NCBI GenBank assembly: GCA_051531935.1
Contig: JAOPTR010000016.1
Span: 354,134-418,133, forward strand
Direction: 5' to 3'
From: Hyphomicrobiales bacterium
GTDB taxonomy: Bacteria > Pseudomonadota > Alphaproteobacteria > Rhizobiales > OSC116
Length of the DNA stretch: 64,000 nt
Positions 10,411 through 20,501 of the stretch are shown piece by piece. The notes under the pieces are model-generated. The model did no database searches and had not been told where the DNA came from. It worked only from the letters and a program-made list of their open reading frames with translations. Each line of letters opens with the position of its first letter. The first letter of the stretch is position 1. A program made the position numbers and the translations under genes.

Positions 10411-12543
10411 ATGGCATATATTAACAAGTCTGGCATTGATTTTGCCGCAAGTTTAGTTGAATTTGTTGAACAAAAATGTTTACCCAATACGGGTTTAGAC
10501 GCCGATAAATTTTGGCAAGGTGCTGCCGATATTTTTAAAAAATTCGCACCAAAAAACCATGCGTTGCTTGCTGTTAGAGATGATTTACAGACCAAAATGG
10601 ATACGTGGCATAAGCAAAACCCGGGCGCGATTACCGACATGGATGGCTATTTAGCTTTCCTCACCGAAATTGGTTATTTAGTACCTGAACCCGAACAATT
10701 TGCTGTCACCACTCAAAATACCGACCCTGAAATTGCGACAATGGCAGGACCACAATTAGTGGTGCCTGTTTTAAACGCACGCTTTGCACTAAATGCCGCA
10801 AATGCTCGTTGGGGCAGCCTATATGATGCATTATATGGCACAGATGTTTTGTCAAGCAAACCACAAGGCAAAGGCTATGACCCTGTGCATGGCGGCAATG
10901 TGATTGCATGGGCTAAAGATTATTTAGACAAATCACTACCGCTTTCGACAGGTAGCCATAAAGATGTTAGTGCTTATTGCATCATAGATGGTGCCTTAAC
11001 GCCTGCACTTGCAGACCCTAGCCAATTTGTTGGTTATGTGGGCAGCGAAAGCCAACCATCAATTATTTTGTGCCAAAAAAATGGCATGCACATTCAACTG
11101 CACATCAATGCAAATGGTAACATTGGTAAAACCGACAAAGCTAGTTTAAACGATGTTGTTTTAGAATCTGCTTTGACCACAATTTGCGATATGGAAGACT
11201 CCATCGCTGCCGTGGATGTGGACGATAAAATTGCAGCTTATACCAATTGGCTTGGCCTGATGCAGGGTAATTTACAAGAAACATTTGAGAAAAATGGCAA
11301 AAGCCTGACACGTAAACTAGCGCCAGATCAAACCTTTAAAAAAGCCGACGGCGGAGAACTTACATTGAGCGGTCGCTCAGTATTGTTGGTGCGAAATGTT
11401 GGGCATTTAATGACCAATAGCGCGGTTAAGCTTACCGACGGTAGCGAAGGCCCAGAAGGCATATTAGATGCGATTATCACCAGCCTAATTGCCATGCACG
11501 ATTTAAAGGGCAATAGCCAATTTAAAAATAGCCGCACTGGGTCTATTTATATTGTTAAGCCCAAAATGCACGGCTCCGATGAAGCCAAATTAACTGATGA
11601 ATTATTTGACGCTGTTGAAGATGTTCTCGGCCTTGAACGCCACACAATCAAAGTGGGCGTGATGGACGAAGAAAGACGTACATCTGCCAATTTGGCGGCC
11701 TGCATTAAAGCCGTTTCTGGTCGTATTATGTTTATCAATACCGGCTTTTTAGATCGCACTGGTGATGAATTCCATACATCTATGCAAGCAGGCGCATTTA
11801 TTCGCAAAGCTGAAGTGAAAGACAGTGGTTGGATTAAGGCTTATGAAGCCCGTAATGTTCAGATTGGTTTAGATTGCGGCCTATCTGGCGTGGCACAAAT
11901 TGGTAAAGGCATGTGGGCAGCACCTGATATGATGGCCAATATGCTTGAGCAAAAAATTGGGCATCCGCTTACAGGCGCTAACACGGCATGGGTACCAAGC
12001 CCAACAGCTGCAACTTTACATGCTATGCATTATCATGAAATTGATGTTTTTGCCTTGCGCGGCGAAATTGCGGCGAAGCCAACACCTGCTTTGCCTGCAT
12101 TAATGACACCGCCAATTGCCACTGATACAAATTGGCCTGACGATGTTGTGCAACGCGAGTTAGAAAATAATGCTCAAGGTATTTTGGGTTATGTTGTGCG
12201 TTGGATTGATAGCGGTATAGGCTGCTCGAAAGTACCTGACATGGATGATATTGGCCTGATGGAAGACAGAGCGACATTGCGGATTTCATCGCAGCATATT
12301 GCCAACTGGCTAACACACAGCATATGTACAGAAGCCCAAGTGAATGCAGCCTTTGAGAAAATGGCCACAAAAGTTGATGGTCAAAATGCAAATGATGCAG
12401 ATTACACAGCCATGAGCGATGGTTTTGATGGCATTGCCTATAAAGCTGCCAAAGCATTGGTTTTTGAAGGTGTTGAGCAACCAAATGGTTATACTGAGCC
12501 TCTACTGCATGCTTTCCGCATACTTAAAAAACAAGAAGCCTAA
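10411..12543 (+). CDS. glcB: Malate synthase G
   Basis: 710 aa with characteristic MSG blocks ('NARWGSLYDALYGTD', 'YIVKPKMHGSDE', 'IKVGVMDEERRTS', 'INTGFLDRTGDE', 'NTAWVPSPTAATLHA'). Confidence 0.92.
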   Translation: MAYINKSGIDFAASLVEFVEQKCLPNTGLDADKFWQGAADIFKKFAPKNHALLAVRDDLQTKMDTWHKQNPGAITDMDGYLAFLTEIGYLVPEPEQFAVTTQNTDPEIATMAGPQLVVPVLNARFALNAANARWGSLYDALYGTDVLSSKPQGKGYDPVHGGNVIAWAKDYLDKSLPLSTGSHKDVSAYCIIDGALTPALADPSQFVGYVGSESQPSIILCQKNGMHIQLHINANGNIGKTDKASLNDVVLESALTTICDMEDSIAAVDVDDKIAAYTNWLGLMQGNLQETFEKNGKSLTRKLAPDQTFKKADGGELTLSGRSVLLVRNVGHLMTNSAVKLTDGSEGPEGILDAIITSLIAMHDLKGNSQFKNSRTGSIYIVKPKMHGSDEAKLTDELFDAVEDVLGLERHTIKVGVMDEERRTSANLAACIKAVSGRIMFINTGFLDRTGDEFHTSMQAGAFIRKAEVKDSGWIKAYEARNVQIGLDCGLSGVAQIGKGMWAAPDMMANMLEQKIGHPLTGANTAWVPSPTAATLHAMHYHEIDVFALRGEIAAKPTPALPALMTPPIATDTNWPDDVVQRELENNAQGILGYVVRWIDSGIGCSKVPDMDDIGLMEDRATLRISSQHIANWLTHSICTEAQVNAAFEKMATKVDGQNANDADYTAMSDGFDGIAYKAAKALVFEGVEQPNGYTEPLLHAFRILKKQEA

Positions 12544-12564
12544 GCCATATAAATTGTCAAAATT

Positions 12565-12596
12565 AAAGCCCAACTCACATAAATGAGTTGGGCTTT
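12565..12596. terminator. Bidirectional rho-independent terminator between glcB and the convergent dehydratase gene
   Basis: Perfect 13-bp stem AAAGCCCAACTCA / TGAGTTGGGCTTT with a 6-nt loop, flanked by an A-run upstream and a T-run downstream. Confidence 0.8.
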
Positions 12597-12623
12597 TTTA
12601 TTTTATAATGATTTTAAATACCG

Positions 12624-14435
12624 TTAGTGATTATCTCTTGGCACGCCTTTAGTTTCGGCAAGATTTTGATATTTAACAGCATTTTTAAGCACCATGCCTT
12701 CAGACAACTGATCGACAATATTACGCTGAATTTCTTGCCATGGCGTTTGTGATTCTGGATAGTCATATCCACCAGCGGCTTCTAAATCAGCATAGCGTTG
12801 GGCAAGCTCCTCATCCGAAATCAAGATATTAGCTTCACCTTTATTCAAATCAATGCGCACTTTATCACCATTGCGCAAAATCGCCAATCCGCCACCGATA
12901 GCTGCTTCGGGTGATGCGTTCAATATTGAAGGCGAGCCAGATGTGCCAGATTGGCGGCCATCACCAATACATGGCAAAGTGGTTATGCCTTTTTCAAGTA
13001 GATAAGCAGGCACCTGCATATTCACAACTTCTGCCGCCCCCGGATAACCAATCGCACCCGTACCGCGCATGAATAAGATAGAATGCTCAGTGATACCAAG
13101 AGCAGGGTCATCAATTGTAGCATGGTAAATTTCTGGGCCATCAAAAACGGTGGCTATGCCTTCAAATGCTTCTGGATCATCAGGGTTATTTAGCAAGCGC
13201 TCTCTAAATTCGTCAGAAACTACGCTCAATTTAATAATCGCAGCATCAAACAAATTGCCTTTAATCACTTTAAAGCCAGCTTTGCCCATTAATGCCGTAT
13301 CAAAATCGCGAATCACGTCTTTATTGCGAGATGGCTCATCACGGCTATTGTTGCCGATTGTATCTCCAGAAACCGTCATAGCATTTTCATGGATTAAATC
13401 ATGTTTCATCAATTCAGAAATCACCGCTTGCACGCCACCTGCCCGATGAAAATCTTCGGCCAGATATTCGCCAGCAGGTTGTAGATTCACCAATAAAGGC
13501 ACATCTAAACCATGTTTTTCCCAATCGTCTACATTCATATCAACGCCGATATGCTTAGCAATGGCAGTGACATGAATTGGCGCATTGGTTGAGCCACCAA
13601 GAGCCGAGTTAACAACGATTACATTTTCGAAAGCTTCTCTGGTCATAATGTCCGACGGGCGCACATCATCAATCACCAAATCGACAATACGTTTGCCTGT
13701 TTTATAGGCCAATTGTCCACGCTCACGATATGGCGCAGGAATAGCACCACCACCAGGCAATTGCATGCCCAAAGCTTCGGATAAGCTATTCATAGTTGAA
13801 GCTGTGCCCATTGTATTGCAATACCCTGCAGATGGCGCTGAGCTTTCAGCTAAATCCATAAATTCTTCATAGTCGATATTACCAAGTGCGAGTTCCTCGC
13901 GAGAACTCCAAATAATAGAGCCAGAACCACACAGTTTACCATCGCGTGAATAGCCATTTAACATAGGGCCACAGCTAAATGAAATTGCAGGAATGTTAAC
14001 CGTCGCCGCTGCCATAAGCACTGCAGGCGTGGTTTTATCGCAACCCGTTGTAAGCACCACACCATCAAGCGGGTAGCCGTATAAAAGTTCAACCAAACCT
14101 AAATAAGCTAGGTTTCTATCTAGTGATGCGGTTGGGCGTTTACCTGTTTCCTGAATCGGATGCACAGGAAATTCCATCGCGATGCCGCCTGCTTCGCGAA
14201 TCCCTTCACGAATCCGTTTTGCTAATTCAATATGGGGGCGGTTACAAGGTGACAAGTCAGATCCTGTCTGTGCTATGCCAATAATTGGCTTGCCAGACTG
14301 TAGCTCTTCACGCGTAAGACCATAGTTTAAATAACGTTCTAGATATAATGCAGTGAGAGACGGGTTATCTGGATTGTCAAACCACGTGCGTGATCTAAGC
14401 ATCAATTTACCGTTTTCATCTCTATCTAATCCCAT
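12624..14435 (-). CDS. IlvD/Edd-family dehydratase (dihydroxy-acid or sugar-acid dehydratase)
   Basis: 'LRSRTWF' N-terminus, 'TGCDKTTPA', 'CGPM' and 'GGSTNA' motifs of the IlvD/Edd family. The ATG at 14435 lies 6 nt after GAGG and is preferred over the GTG at 14480. Substrate cannot be assigned from sequence alone. Confidence 0.85.
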   Translation of the reverse strand: MGLDRDENGKLMLRSRTWFDNPDNPSLTALYLERYLNYGLTREELQSGKPIIGIAQTGSDLSPCNRPHIELAKRIREGIREAGGIAMEFPVHPIQETGKRPTASLDRNLAYLGLVELLYGYPLDGVVLTTGCDKTTPAVLMAAATVNIPAISFSCGPMLNGYSRDGKLCGSGSIIWSSREELALGNIDYEEFMDLAESSAPSAGYCNTMGTASTMNSLSEALGMQLPGGGAIPAPYRERGQLAYKTGKRIVDLVIDDVRPSDIMTREAFENVIVVNSALGGSTNAPIHVTAIAKHIGVDMNVDDWEKHGLDVPLLVNLQPAGEYLAEDFHRAGGVQAVISELMKHDLIHENAMTVSGDTIGNNSRDEPSRNKDVIRDFDTALMGKAGFKVIKGNLFDAAIIKLSVVSDEFRERLLNNPDDPEAFEGIATVFDGPEIYHATIDDPALGITEHSILFMRGTGAIGYPGAAEVVNMQVPAYLLEKGITTLPCIGDGRQSGTSGSPSILNASPEAAIGGGLAILRNGDKVRIDLNKGEANILISDEELAQRYADLEAAGGYDYPESQTPWQEIQRNIVDQLSEGMVLKNAVKYQNLAETKGVPRDNH

Positions 14436-14631
14436 AACAACCTCTTCAATTCTGGTATTGGCGTATGTTCGCCATTTCACGAAAGAGATTAATATATTAA
14501 TGGCAAATAAACAATAGTGAAGTTAGATCATTAAGTGCGTAAATTAACGTTAATCCACCCAGTCTAATTTGTGACTTGCTAGATACTTAAATCAAAGATA
14601 AACTTTAAGAAAAAAATTTAGGGAAATAAAT

Positions 14632-14928
14632 ATGTCATTTTTATCAAAAATATTTGGTGGAACCAAAAAAAATCAAAATAATGAACCAGTGATTTTGGGT
14701 GATGAAGACTATAAAGGATACATAATAGAATCCCTAGAAATGAAGCAGGGTAGTGAATTTTTGCTCGCGGGCATGATTAGTAAAACTGTAAATGATGAAT
14801 TGAAAACTAAAAAATTCATCCGTGCGGATCGTCTGCATAGCAAAGAGCAAGCCAATGATGCTGCGCTTAAAAAAGGCAAACAGATTATAGATCAAGAAGG
14901 TGATGCCTTGTTTGATACGCCATATTAA
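14632..14928 (+). CDS. Hypothetical small protein
   Basis: 98-aa ORF with a good AGGGAAA SD-like element upstream. No confident family assignment. Confidence 0.5.
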   Translation: MSFLSKIFGGTKKNQNNEPVILGDEDYKGYIIESLEMKQGSEFLLAGMISKTVNDELKTKKFIRADRLHSKEQANDAALKKGKQIIDQEGDALFDTPY

Positions 14929-15266
14929 TCGTCAAACTGCACGCCAATTAAATCGCCAGCGCGCCATGCAATCGAACAATAATATTGTTGATTACCGAAA
15001 ACCGTGGCCAATAAAAACTCGCGCGCGACATAGCTTGAATTTTGAACTTGAAGTCTAGCGCCATTTTCACCCTTATTCACCATCACACCATCAAAAACGC
15101 TACTGCGGTTATTGAAGATAATTTTGCAAGTTTTAAGCATTTTACGGCGTGGAAACTTACGTCTCTCAGGGCCAGTATAAATTATAGGAGCAGGTTCTAG
15201 CTTAGGCGCAAAGATCCCTGCCTTGGTATTTTCTCGTTTTCCAAAAACTACTGATGTTACTGTCAT
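14925..15266 (-). CDS. PilZ-domain protein (putative c-di-GMP binding)
   Basis: 'ERRKFPRRK' (RxxxR-type) followed by a 'VNKGENGARLQV' (D/NxSxxG-like) pattern, of PilZ size. Confidence 0.6.
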   Translation of the reverse strand: MTVTSVVFGKRENTKAGIFAPKLEPAPIIYTGPERRKFPRRKMLKTCKIIFNNRSSVFDGVMVNKGENGARLQVQNSSYVAREFLLATVFGNQQYYCSIAWRAGDLIGVQFDD

Positions 15267-15396
15267 AAATCACCACTAAATAAGGTTCCCCCCTAATTCA
15301 ACTTTGGTAATTATGACAAACATTGGTTGCTTTGAAAATGCAATATTGCACATAAAGTTAATTAAAACTGAATCTAGATCATTGGTCTAATGCGGT

Positions 15397-15804
15397 TTAT
15401 TTCAACTCTGCAGAAGCAAATAACACGCCAAATTCTTTGCACCAAATCACTACCGATCCAAACTCGCTCATGTCAATATCAGCAGGTATTTCATAACTTT
15501 GTTTGCCACTTGGTGTTATTAGTTTCGCAAGCTGCGTGTTTTTATCATTGGTGACATCTTGAGCGTTTTTAGGTGTTGGGTTCTTGGCAAGCCAAACATA
15601 TAAATCAGGTCCAGGTGTTACGTAGAAATTTTCAAATTTCAGTATTGTTTTATCGCCATCTTTAACAAGTGTAGCTATTCCTTCACCATTATGAACAGAG
15701 TCTGCATCGTTAAATTGTCCTGTTCGGATAGAGTTTTCGGCCGCCATAACATTCGTTGCAAATAAAATAGTAACTAATAAAACCATATTTTTAATAAAAT
15801 TCAT
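15397..15804 (-). CDS. Secreted DM13-domain protein
   Basis: N-terminal signal peptide ('LLVTILFATNVMAA'), then the DM13-like pattern 'GQF...H.GEG.A...DG...L.FENF.VTPGPDLYVWL...VVIWC..F.V.FA.A'. Confidence 0.65.
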   Translation of the reverse strand: MNFIKNMVLLVTILFATNVMAAENSIRTGQFNDADSVHNGEGIATLVKDGDKTILKFENFYVTPGPDLYVWLAKNPTPKNAQDVTNDKNTQLAKLITPSGKQSYEIPADIDMSEFGSVVIWCKEFGVLFASAELK

Positions 15805-15922
15805 AAAATCCTCCTGTGATATGACGGCAATTAGATCATAAATTTTGATCTATCACAATTGATGTTTCTTTTCTGGTGGTCTTCGTATAGCCTAAACATC
15901 AGTTTATACTTGGGAGATGAAA

Positions 15923-17092
15923 ATGGATTTTGACAAAATTATCAATAGATTAGACACCCATTCCATGAAGTGGGATTCGATGGAATCACTTTTTGGTGTT
16001 AGCCCTGTTACTGGCATTCCTATGTGGGTGGCAGATATGGACTTCGCACCACCAGAATCTGTAGCTCAAGGCATGCAGACTATGCTTGCAAACCAAATTT
16101 TTGGGTATTATGGACAAGATAAAAGCTATAAAGATGCCATCATCAATTGGATGTCCCGCCGGCACGATTGGAATGTCGATGCTGATTGGATTTTCACCAG
16201 CCAAGGCATTGTAAATGCGTATGCGCTCTGCATAGAAGCATTTAGCCAAAAAGGCGATGCTGTGATCATTTTCAACCCTGTTTACCACATGTTTGCCAAT
16301 ACCATCAAAGCCGCAGAACGCGAAATTTTGTCATCTGATTTGGTGAATGACAATGGTCGTTACGAATTAGACTTGCCTTCACTAGAAGCCATCCTAAAGG
16401 GCAATGAAAAAATCATGCTTTTCTGCTCCCCGCATAATCCGTCTGGTCGTGTTTGGTCGCAAGCCGAATTAAAATCGGTTGCAGATTTTTGCCAGAAACA
16501 TGATTTATTGCTGATTTGCGATGAAATTCACCATGATTTGGTTTTTGAAGGCCATAAACATACAATTATGTCACTTGCTGCCCCCGAACATTTGGATAGA
16601 ATTATCGTTCTCACCGCGGCATCTAAAACATTTAACATTGCTGGCTTTCAATCTGGCAACCTTATCATTCAAGATAAAGCACTAAGAGCCCAATATGACA
16701 GCACTGCAAAAGGTTTGGGCATCCATGGTAGTGCAGTAGGCATGCAGGCAACAGAGGCCGCTTATAATGGCGGTGAAGAATGGTTAGAAGCTTGTATTGA
16801 ATATATAGACGGCAACCGAAAAATATTCGATGAAGCCATCAATAAAATCCCAGGTCTGGCCTCTATGAAGCTTGAATCAACTTATCTATCGTGGGTGGAT
16901 TTTTCGGGCACAGGCATGACAAATGTCGAAATTAATGACCGAATAAAAAAACAAGCGCAAATTGCGCCATCACCAGGCTTACAATTTGGCGAAAATGGCC
17001 GTTTATTTATGCGATTTAACATAGCTTGCTCAAGATCTGTAATCATTGAAGCCACTGAACGACTAACAAAAGCATTTTCTGACTTACAATAA
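15923..17092 (+). CDS. PatB/MalY-type PLP-dependent C-S lyase (cystathionine beta-lyase-like aminotransferase)
   Basis: 'INRLDTHSMKWD' N-terminus, 'CSPHNPSGRVW' and 'SKTFNIAG' (PLP lysine), typical of the MalY/PatB family. The ATG at 15923 lies 6 nt after GGGAG. Confidence 0.8.
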   Translation: MDFDKIINRLDTHSMKWDSMESLFGVSPVTGIPMWVADMDFAPPESVAQGMQTMLANQIFGYYGQDKSYKDAIINWMSRRHDWNVDADWIFTSQGIVNAYALCIEAFSQKGDAVIIFNPVYHMFANTIKAAEREILSSDLVNDNGRYELDLPSLEAILKGNEKIMLFCSPHNPSGRVWSQAELKSVADFCQKHDLLLICDEIHHDLVFEGHKHTIMSLAAPEHLDRIIVLTAASKTFNIAGFQSGNLIIQDKALRAQYDSTAKGLGIHGSAVGMQATEAAYNGGEEWLEACIEYIDGNRKIFDEAINKIPGLASMKLESTYLSWVDFSGTGMTNVEINDRIKKQAQIAPSPGLQFGENGRLFMRFNIACSRSVIIEATERLTKAFSDLQ

Positions 17093-17103
17093 TTAGAAAA
17101 CCC

Positions 17104-17412
17104 CTAGGCCACAACACTCGCGTTTTGGCCTAGGCCGCTACTTTGTTTAGCTGCAGCCGCATCTATTGCACGTTGCTGAGCAACAATTAAAGTTTGCTCA
17201 ACCGATGAGTAAGACGCATCGCTCTTAATGGAGAAAATATTTGCATTTTGTTGCATGCGAGAAATTGCCTGATCTGCAAGTTCTTGGCTGCGCGCGCGAC
17301 GCGCTTCGCGTTGTTTTTGCATTTGGATAGAGCGCTGACGGCGCACTTTATTGGTGTCGCTGAAGCTACGTTGCCCCCCTCCCCAGTTCATTTTTTTAAA
17401 CCCAACTTGCAT
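17104..17412 (-). CDS. Hypothetical basic/Gln-rich small protein
   Basis: 102-aa ORF with no family recognised. Confidence 0.4.
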   Translation of the reverse strand: MQVGFKKMNWGGGQRSFSDTNKVRRQRSIQMQKQREARRARSQELADQAISRMQQNANIFSIKSDASYSSVEQTLIVAQQRAIDAAAAKQSSGLGQNASVVA

Positions 17413-17483
17413 AACAACCTCATGTTCGGGGTTTATTATTAACGTTTGTGGTTAATATCCTCTTAAAACAGTGTAATTATGGC

Positions 17484-17512
17484 AAAAAAATAGCCCGGCC
17501 AAAGCCGAGCTA
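17484..17512 (-). terminator. Rho-independent terminator downstream of the 87-aa gene
   Basis: On the minus strand: hairpin TAGCTCGGC-TTTG-GCCGGGCTA (one mismatch) followed by a T7 run. Confidence 0.65.
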
Positions 17513-17534
17513 TCTAATTTAATTTTTATGGTTT

Positions 17535-17798
17535 TTAGCGTTGGCTACATAAATTTACAATAAGCGCATCATTTTTCTTGCGAATTTCGGTTGCAATTTT
17601 GTGAGCAACATCTTGATCAGCTTCCGGGCATCTAAGCGCAGCGTCAACAGCACGGTGTTGGCTTTCCAAAATCGCTTTAATCACAGCGCGTTCGACAATA
17701 TCGGAAACCGCTTTATATTGCCCTTCATCCAGTTTGGATTTAAGCAAGCCGTTAATCTTATCTGTCGCACCATTTGCAATGGTTGTAAATTTGTCCAT
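17535..17798 (-). CDS. Hypothetical small helical protein
   Basis: 87-aa ORF with GGGAGAAG SD-like sequence upstream and its own terminator. Confidence 0.5.
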   Translation of the reverse strand: MDKFTTIANGATDKINGLLKSKLDEGQYKAVSDIVERAVIKAILESQHRAVDAALRCPEADQDVAHKIATEIRKKNDALIVNLCSQR

Positions 17799-18043
17799 TT
17801 TATTCTTCTCCCTAGAATTTATAAAAAGTTATATGTTTCATTGAGTTTTGTCAAATTAGTTTAAATCGGGGCGTTGGAAAAAGCGATTTCATCATAACAA
17901 TCATCCCTTCAATTCTAACAATTGAAGGTGATTGGGTGACAACGAAATTGAAATATTGGCGGCTAAATTGTAACAAAACGAAAAGGCGCATTAATCATCA
18001 GATCAATACGCCTTTTTAGCACTAAATATCTGCATGGGAGGGC

Positions 18044-20329
18044 TTAAGCAGATACTTTCACTTTTTTATATTGTGGTAGGTCAAGTGAAACTAATGTTCC
18101 TTGAGACAGCTCGCTCGCGATTTTCAGAGAACCACCGTGCATTTCTGTGAGTGACTTTGAAATTGACAAACCCAAACCAGTGCCATCGTGATTTTTAGTG
18201 AGTTGGCTGCCAATTTGTGCAAATGGCTTGCCAACGCTGGCTAATGATTCAGCGCTCATACCAATGCCGTTATCAGCAATTTCGATATTAATTCCAGTTT
18301 CAGAGCTTTGCGCATTCAAACTAACCTGCCCACCAGATTCCGAAAACTTAACGGCATTTGACAATAGGTTTAGCAAAATTTGTTTCAAGGCTCTTTTATC
18401 TGCATTTATATAAAGGCCATCTTTAATTTGCATATCAAGTTCGACCTTTTGGTCACTGGCTCTACCTGCAACAATACGCATGCAGCTTTCAGCAACTTCG
18501 GCAAGTTCAACCTTTTGCATTTCAAGCTGCATATTGCCTGACTCGATTTTAGACATATCTAAAATATCATTGATGACTAAAAGCAAATGCTGACCACTTT
18601 TATGAATATCAGCTGCATATTCTACATAACGTGGTTCGGTAATCTCTCCAAATGTTTGGCTTTGAATGAGTTCAGAAAAACCAATAATCGCATTTAATGG
18701 CGTGCGCAGCTCGTGGCTCATATTTGCCAAGAATTCTGTTTTTGCACGGTTAGCACTATTGGCGCGCTCGGCATAAACTTGTAATTCATCTTGATGAGTT
18801 TCGAGTTTTTTCTTGGTAATTTCTAGATGACTAACAGTTTCGATCAATTCTCTTTCACTCTCGACCAATTTGCTTTCATGGCGTTTAATGTGCGAAATAT
18901 CTGTACCAACACTAACAAAACTACCATTATCGGTTGTGCGTTCTGAAACATGCAACCAACGACCATCTTCTAACAAATATTCATATGCACTATGTTGGTC
19001 ATCGCTATAATCGTCCAAAGCGATAACGTCTTTGCTTATAATTTTTTGTCCTGCAGCAAAAACATCGTCCTGATGTGTGCCTTTACGAAGTGCCGTTTTG
19101 GGTAATTTGAAAAATTGTTGGAATTTTTTGTTACACATAACCAAGCAACGGTCATTATCCCACATTACAAAGCCTTCAGAGATGTTTTCGATGGCTTGGC
19201 TTAGGTGCATGTCGGCAAGGTTAGAACGCGCCTCAATGGCCTTGTGTTCAGATATATCCGATGTCACACCAACAAGGCGCACTGTTGAATCAAATTCTTC
19301 ATCAACAATTTCACCACGAATATGCAACCATACCCATTCATTGGCCGAGTTTAACATTCTAAATTCGCGATCAAAAACTTTACCACCTGTTTCAATCAAT
19401 TCATTTAGCTCGTCGATAATGCCTTTGTCGTCATCGTGTAAAATTGATTTAATTTCACCGAAAGACAGAACATGTTGAAATTTTTTCAACCCCAAAATTT
19501 CAAACATTGAAGATGACCAAAATACATGACCGCGGGCAATGTCCCAATCCCATAGACCTGAGCGGCCTCTATCGAGCGTGCGGTTTAAATGATTGCCTGT
19601 GGCTTCAATAATTTCTTCGGCACGGGAGGAATGCGCCATTTGCATGAGAAAACCCAAAGTCATCAATACCAGTACAAATGTAGCGACCACTGCGAGTGAT
19701 AGGCTCGTGCCAATATCGACCCACCATAATTGTTCTATATAAGTGAGTTTTTGGAAAGCATATAAAGTTAGGTTATGGCCAGATATTTCGAATTTCTGCG
19801 CAAATATCTCTGTACCATTTGTTAAAGTTATAGATTGCTCATATGCACTTCTGTCGGCAAATTGTTTAACATTTTCGCCATTTAGAATTTGGCTAATTTC
19901 GTGCTGCACAAAACCCACAGTTTCAGGTGTCGATGCAGTTATGATGCCATCAGCATCAACAATCAATATGGTTTGCGAACCCATATTTGAAGTTTTAGGA
20001 AAAATTGATTTAAGGTCATTGGCCGAAGGCGCAACAGGTAATATCGAGTTTGCTGCATCTGCCTTTTGTGACGCTGCAATATTTTGAGCAATTACAGTGC
20101 CTAATAATGCCACTCGATTTCTCTCAGATGCTTTAATTGCATCATATTGCCCGTAGCCTTGACTGATTACACCCCAGATAACAATCGCAACAAAAATAAT
20201 TGATAAAATCGGAATCAATCGTTTTATTGTTCTGCTATTCGTAAAAAAGTCTGCTTTCTTCTCCAACTGTATCCCCAGGCCTAATGGGGTATACTTAGGG
20301 TTTATTACACCCTGCTGATTATTATCCAA
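18044..20329 (-). CDS. Membrane-bound PAS-domain sensor histidine kinase (no adjacent response regulator)
   Basis: H-box 'SHELRTPLNAIIGFSE', N-box 'LLNLLSNAVKF', G1 'DNGIGM', G2 'GTGLGLSISK'. Two TM segments flank a periplasmic region, with PAS-like repeats ('GLWDWD'). TTG start lies 9 nt after AGGAGG. Confidence 0.85.
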   Translation of the reverse strand: MDNNQQGVINPKYTPLGLGIQLEKKADFFTNSRTIKRLIPILSIIFVAIVIWGVISQGYGQYDAIKASERNRVALLGTVIAQNIAASQKADAANSILPVAPSANDLKSIFPKTSNMGSQTILIVDADGIITASTPETVGFVQHEISQILNGENVKQFADRSAYEQSITLTNGTEIFAQKFEISGHNLTLYAFQKLTYIEQLWWVDIGTSLSLAVVATFVLVLMTLGFLMQMAHSSRAEEIIEATGNHLNRTLDRGRSGLWDWDIARGHVFWSSSMFEILGLKKFQHVLSFGEIKSILHDDDKGIIDELNELIETGGKVFDREFRMLNSANEWVWLHIRGEIVDEEFDSTVRLVGVTSDISEHKAIEARSNLADMHLSQAIENISEGFVMWDNDRCLVMCNKKFQQFFKLPKTALRKGTHQDDVFAAGQKIISKDVIALDDYSDDQHSAYEYLLEDGRWLHVSERTTDNGSFVSVGTDISHIKRHESKLVESERELIETVSHLEITKKKLETHQDELQVYAERANSANRAKTEFLANMSHELRTPLNAIIGFSELIQSQTFGEITEPRYVEYAADIHKSGQHLLLVINDILDMSKIESGNMQLEMQKVELAEVAESCMRIVAGRASDQKVELDMQIKDGLYINADKRALKQILLNLLSNAVKFSESGGQVSLNAQSSETGINIEIADNGIGMSAESLASVGKPFAQIGSQLTKNHDGTGLGLSISKSLTEMHGGSLKIASELSQGTLVSLDLPQYKKVKVSA

Positions 20330-20501
20330 CTCAGCTTCCTCCTATGATCCGCATCCATAGATTCTTCAGATGTGCCGCACCTTCGAATCATATGTTATTT
20401 GTGAGTCATTTTGGGGTGATTTGTCTAGTGAAATTATGGTTAATATTATATTAATTTTTTTAGCAACATTAACCATTTCTCGCTTGACTTGAGTTAACAG
20501 A

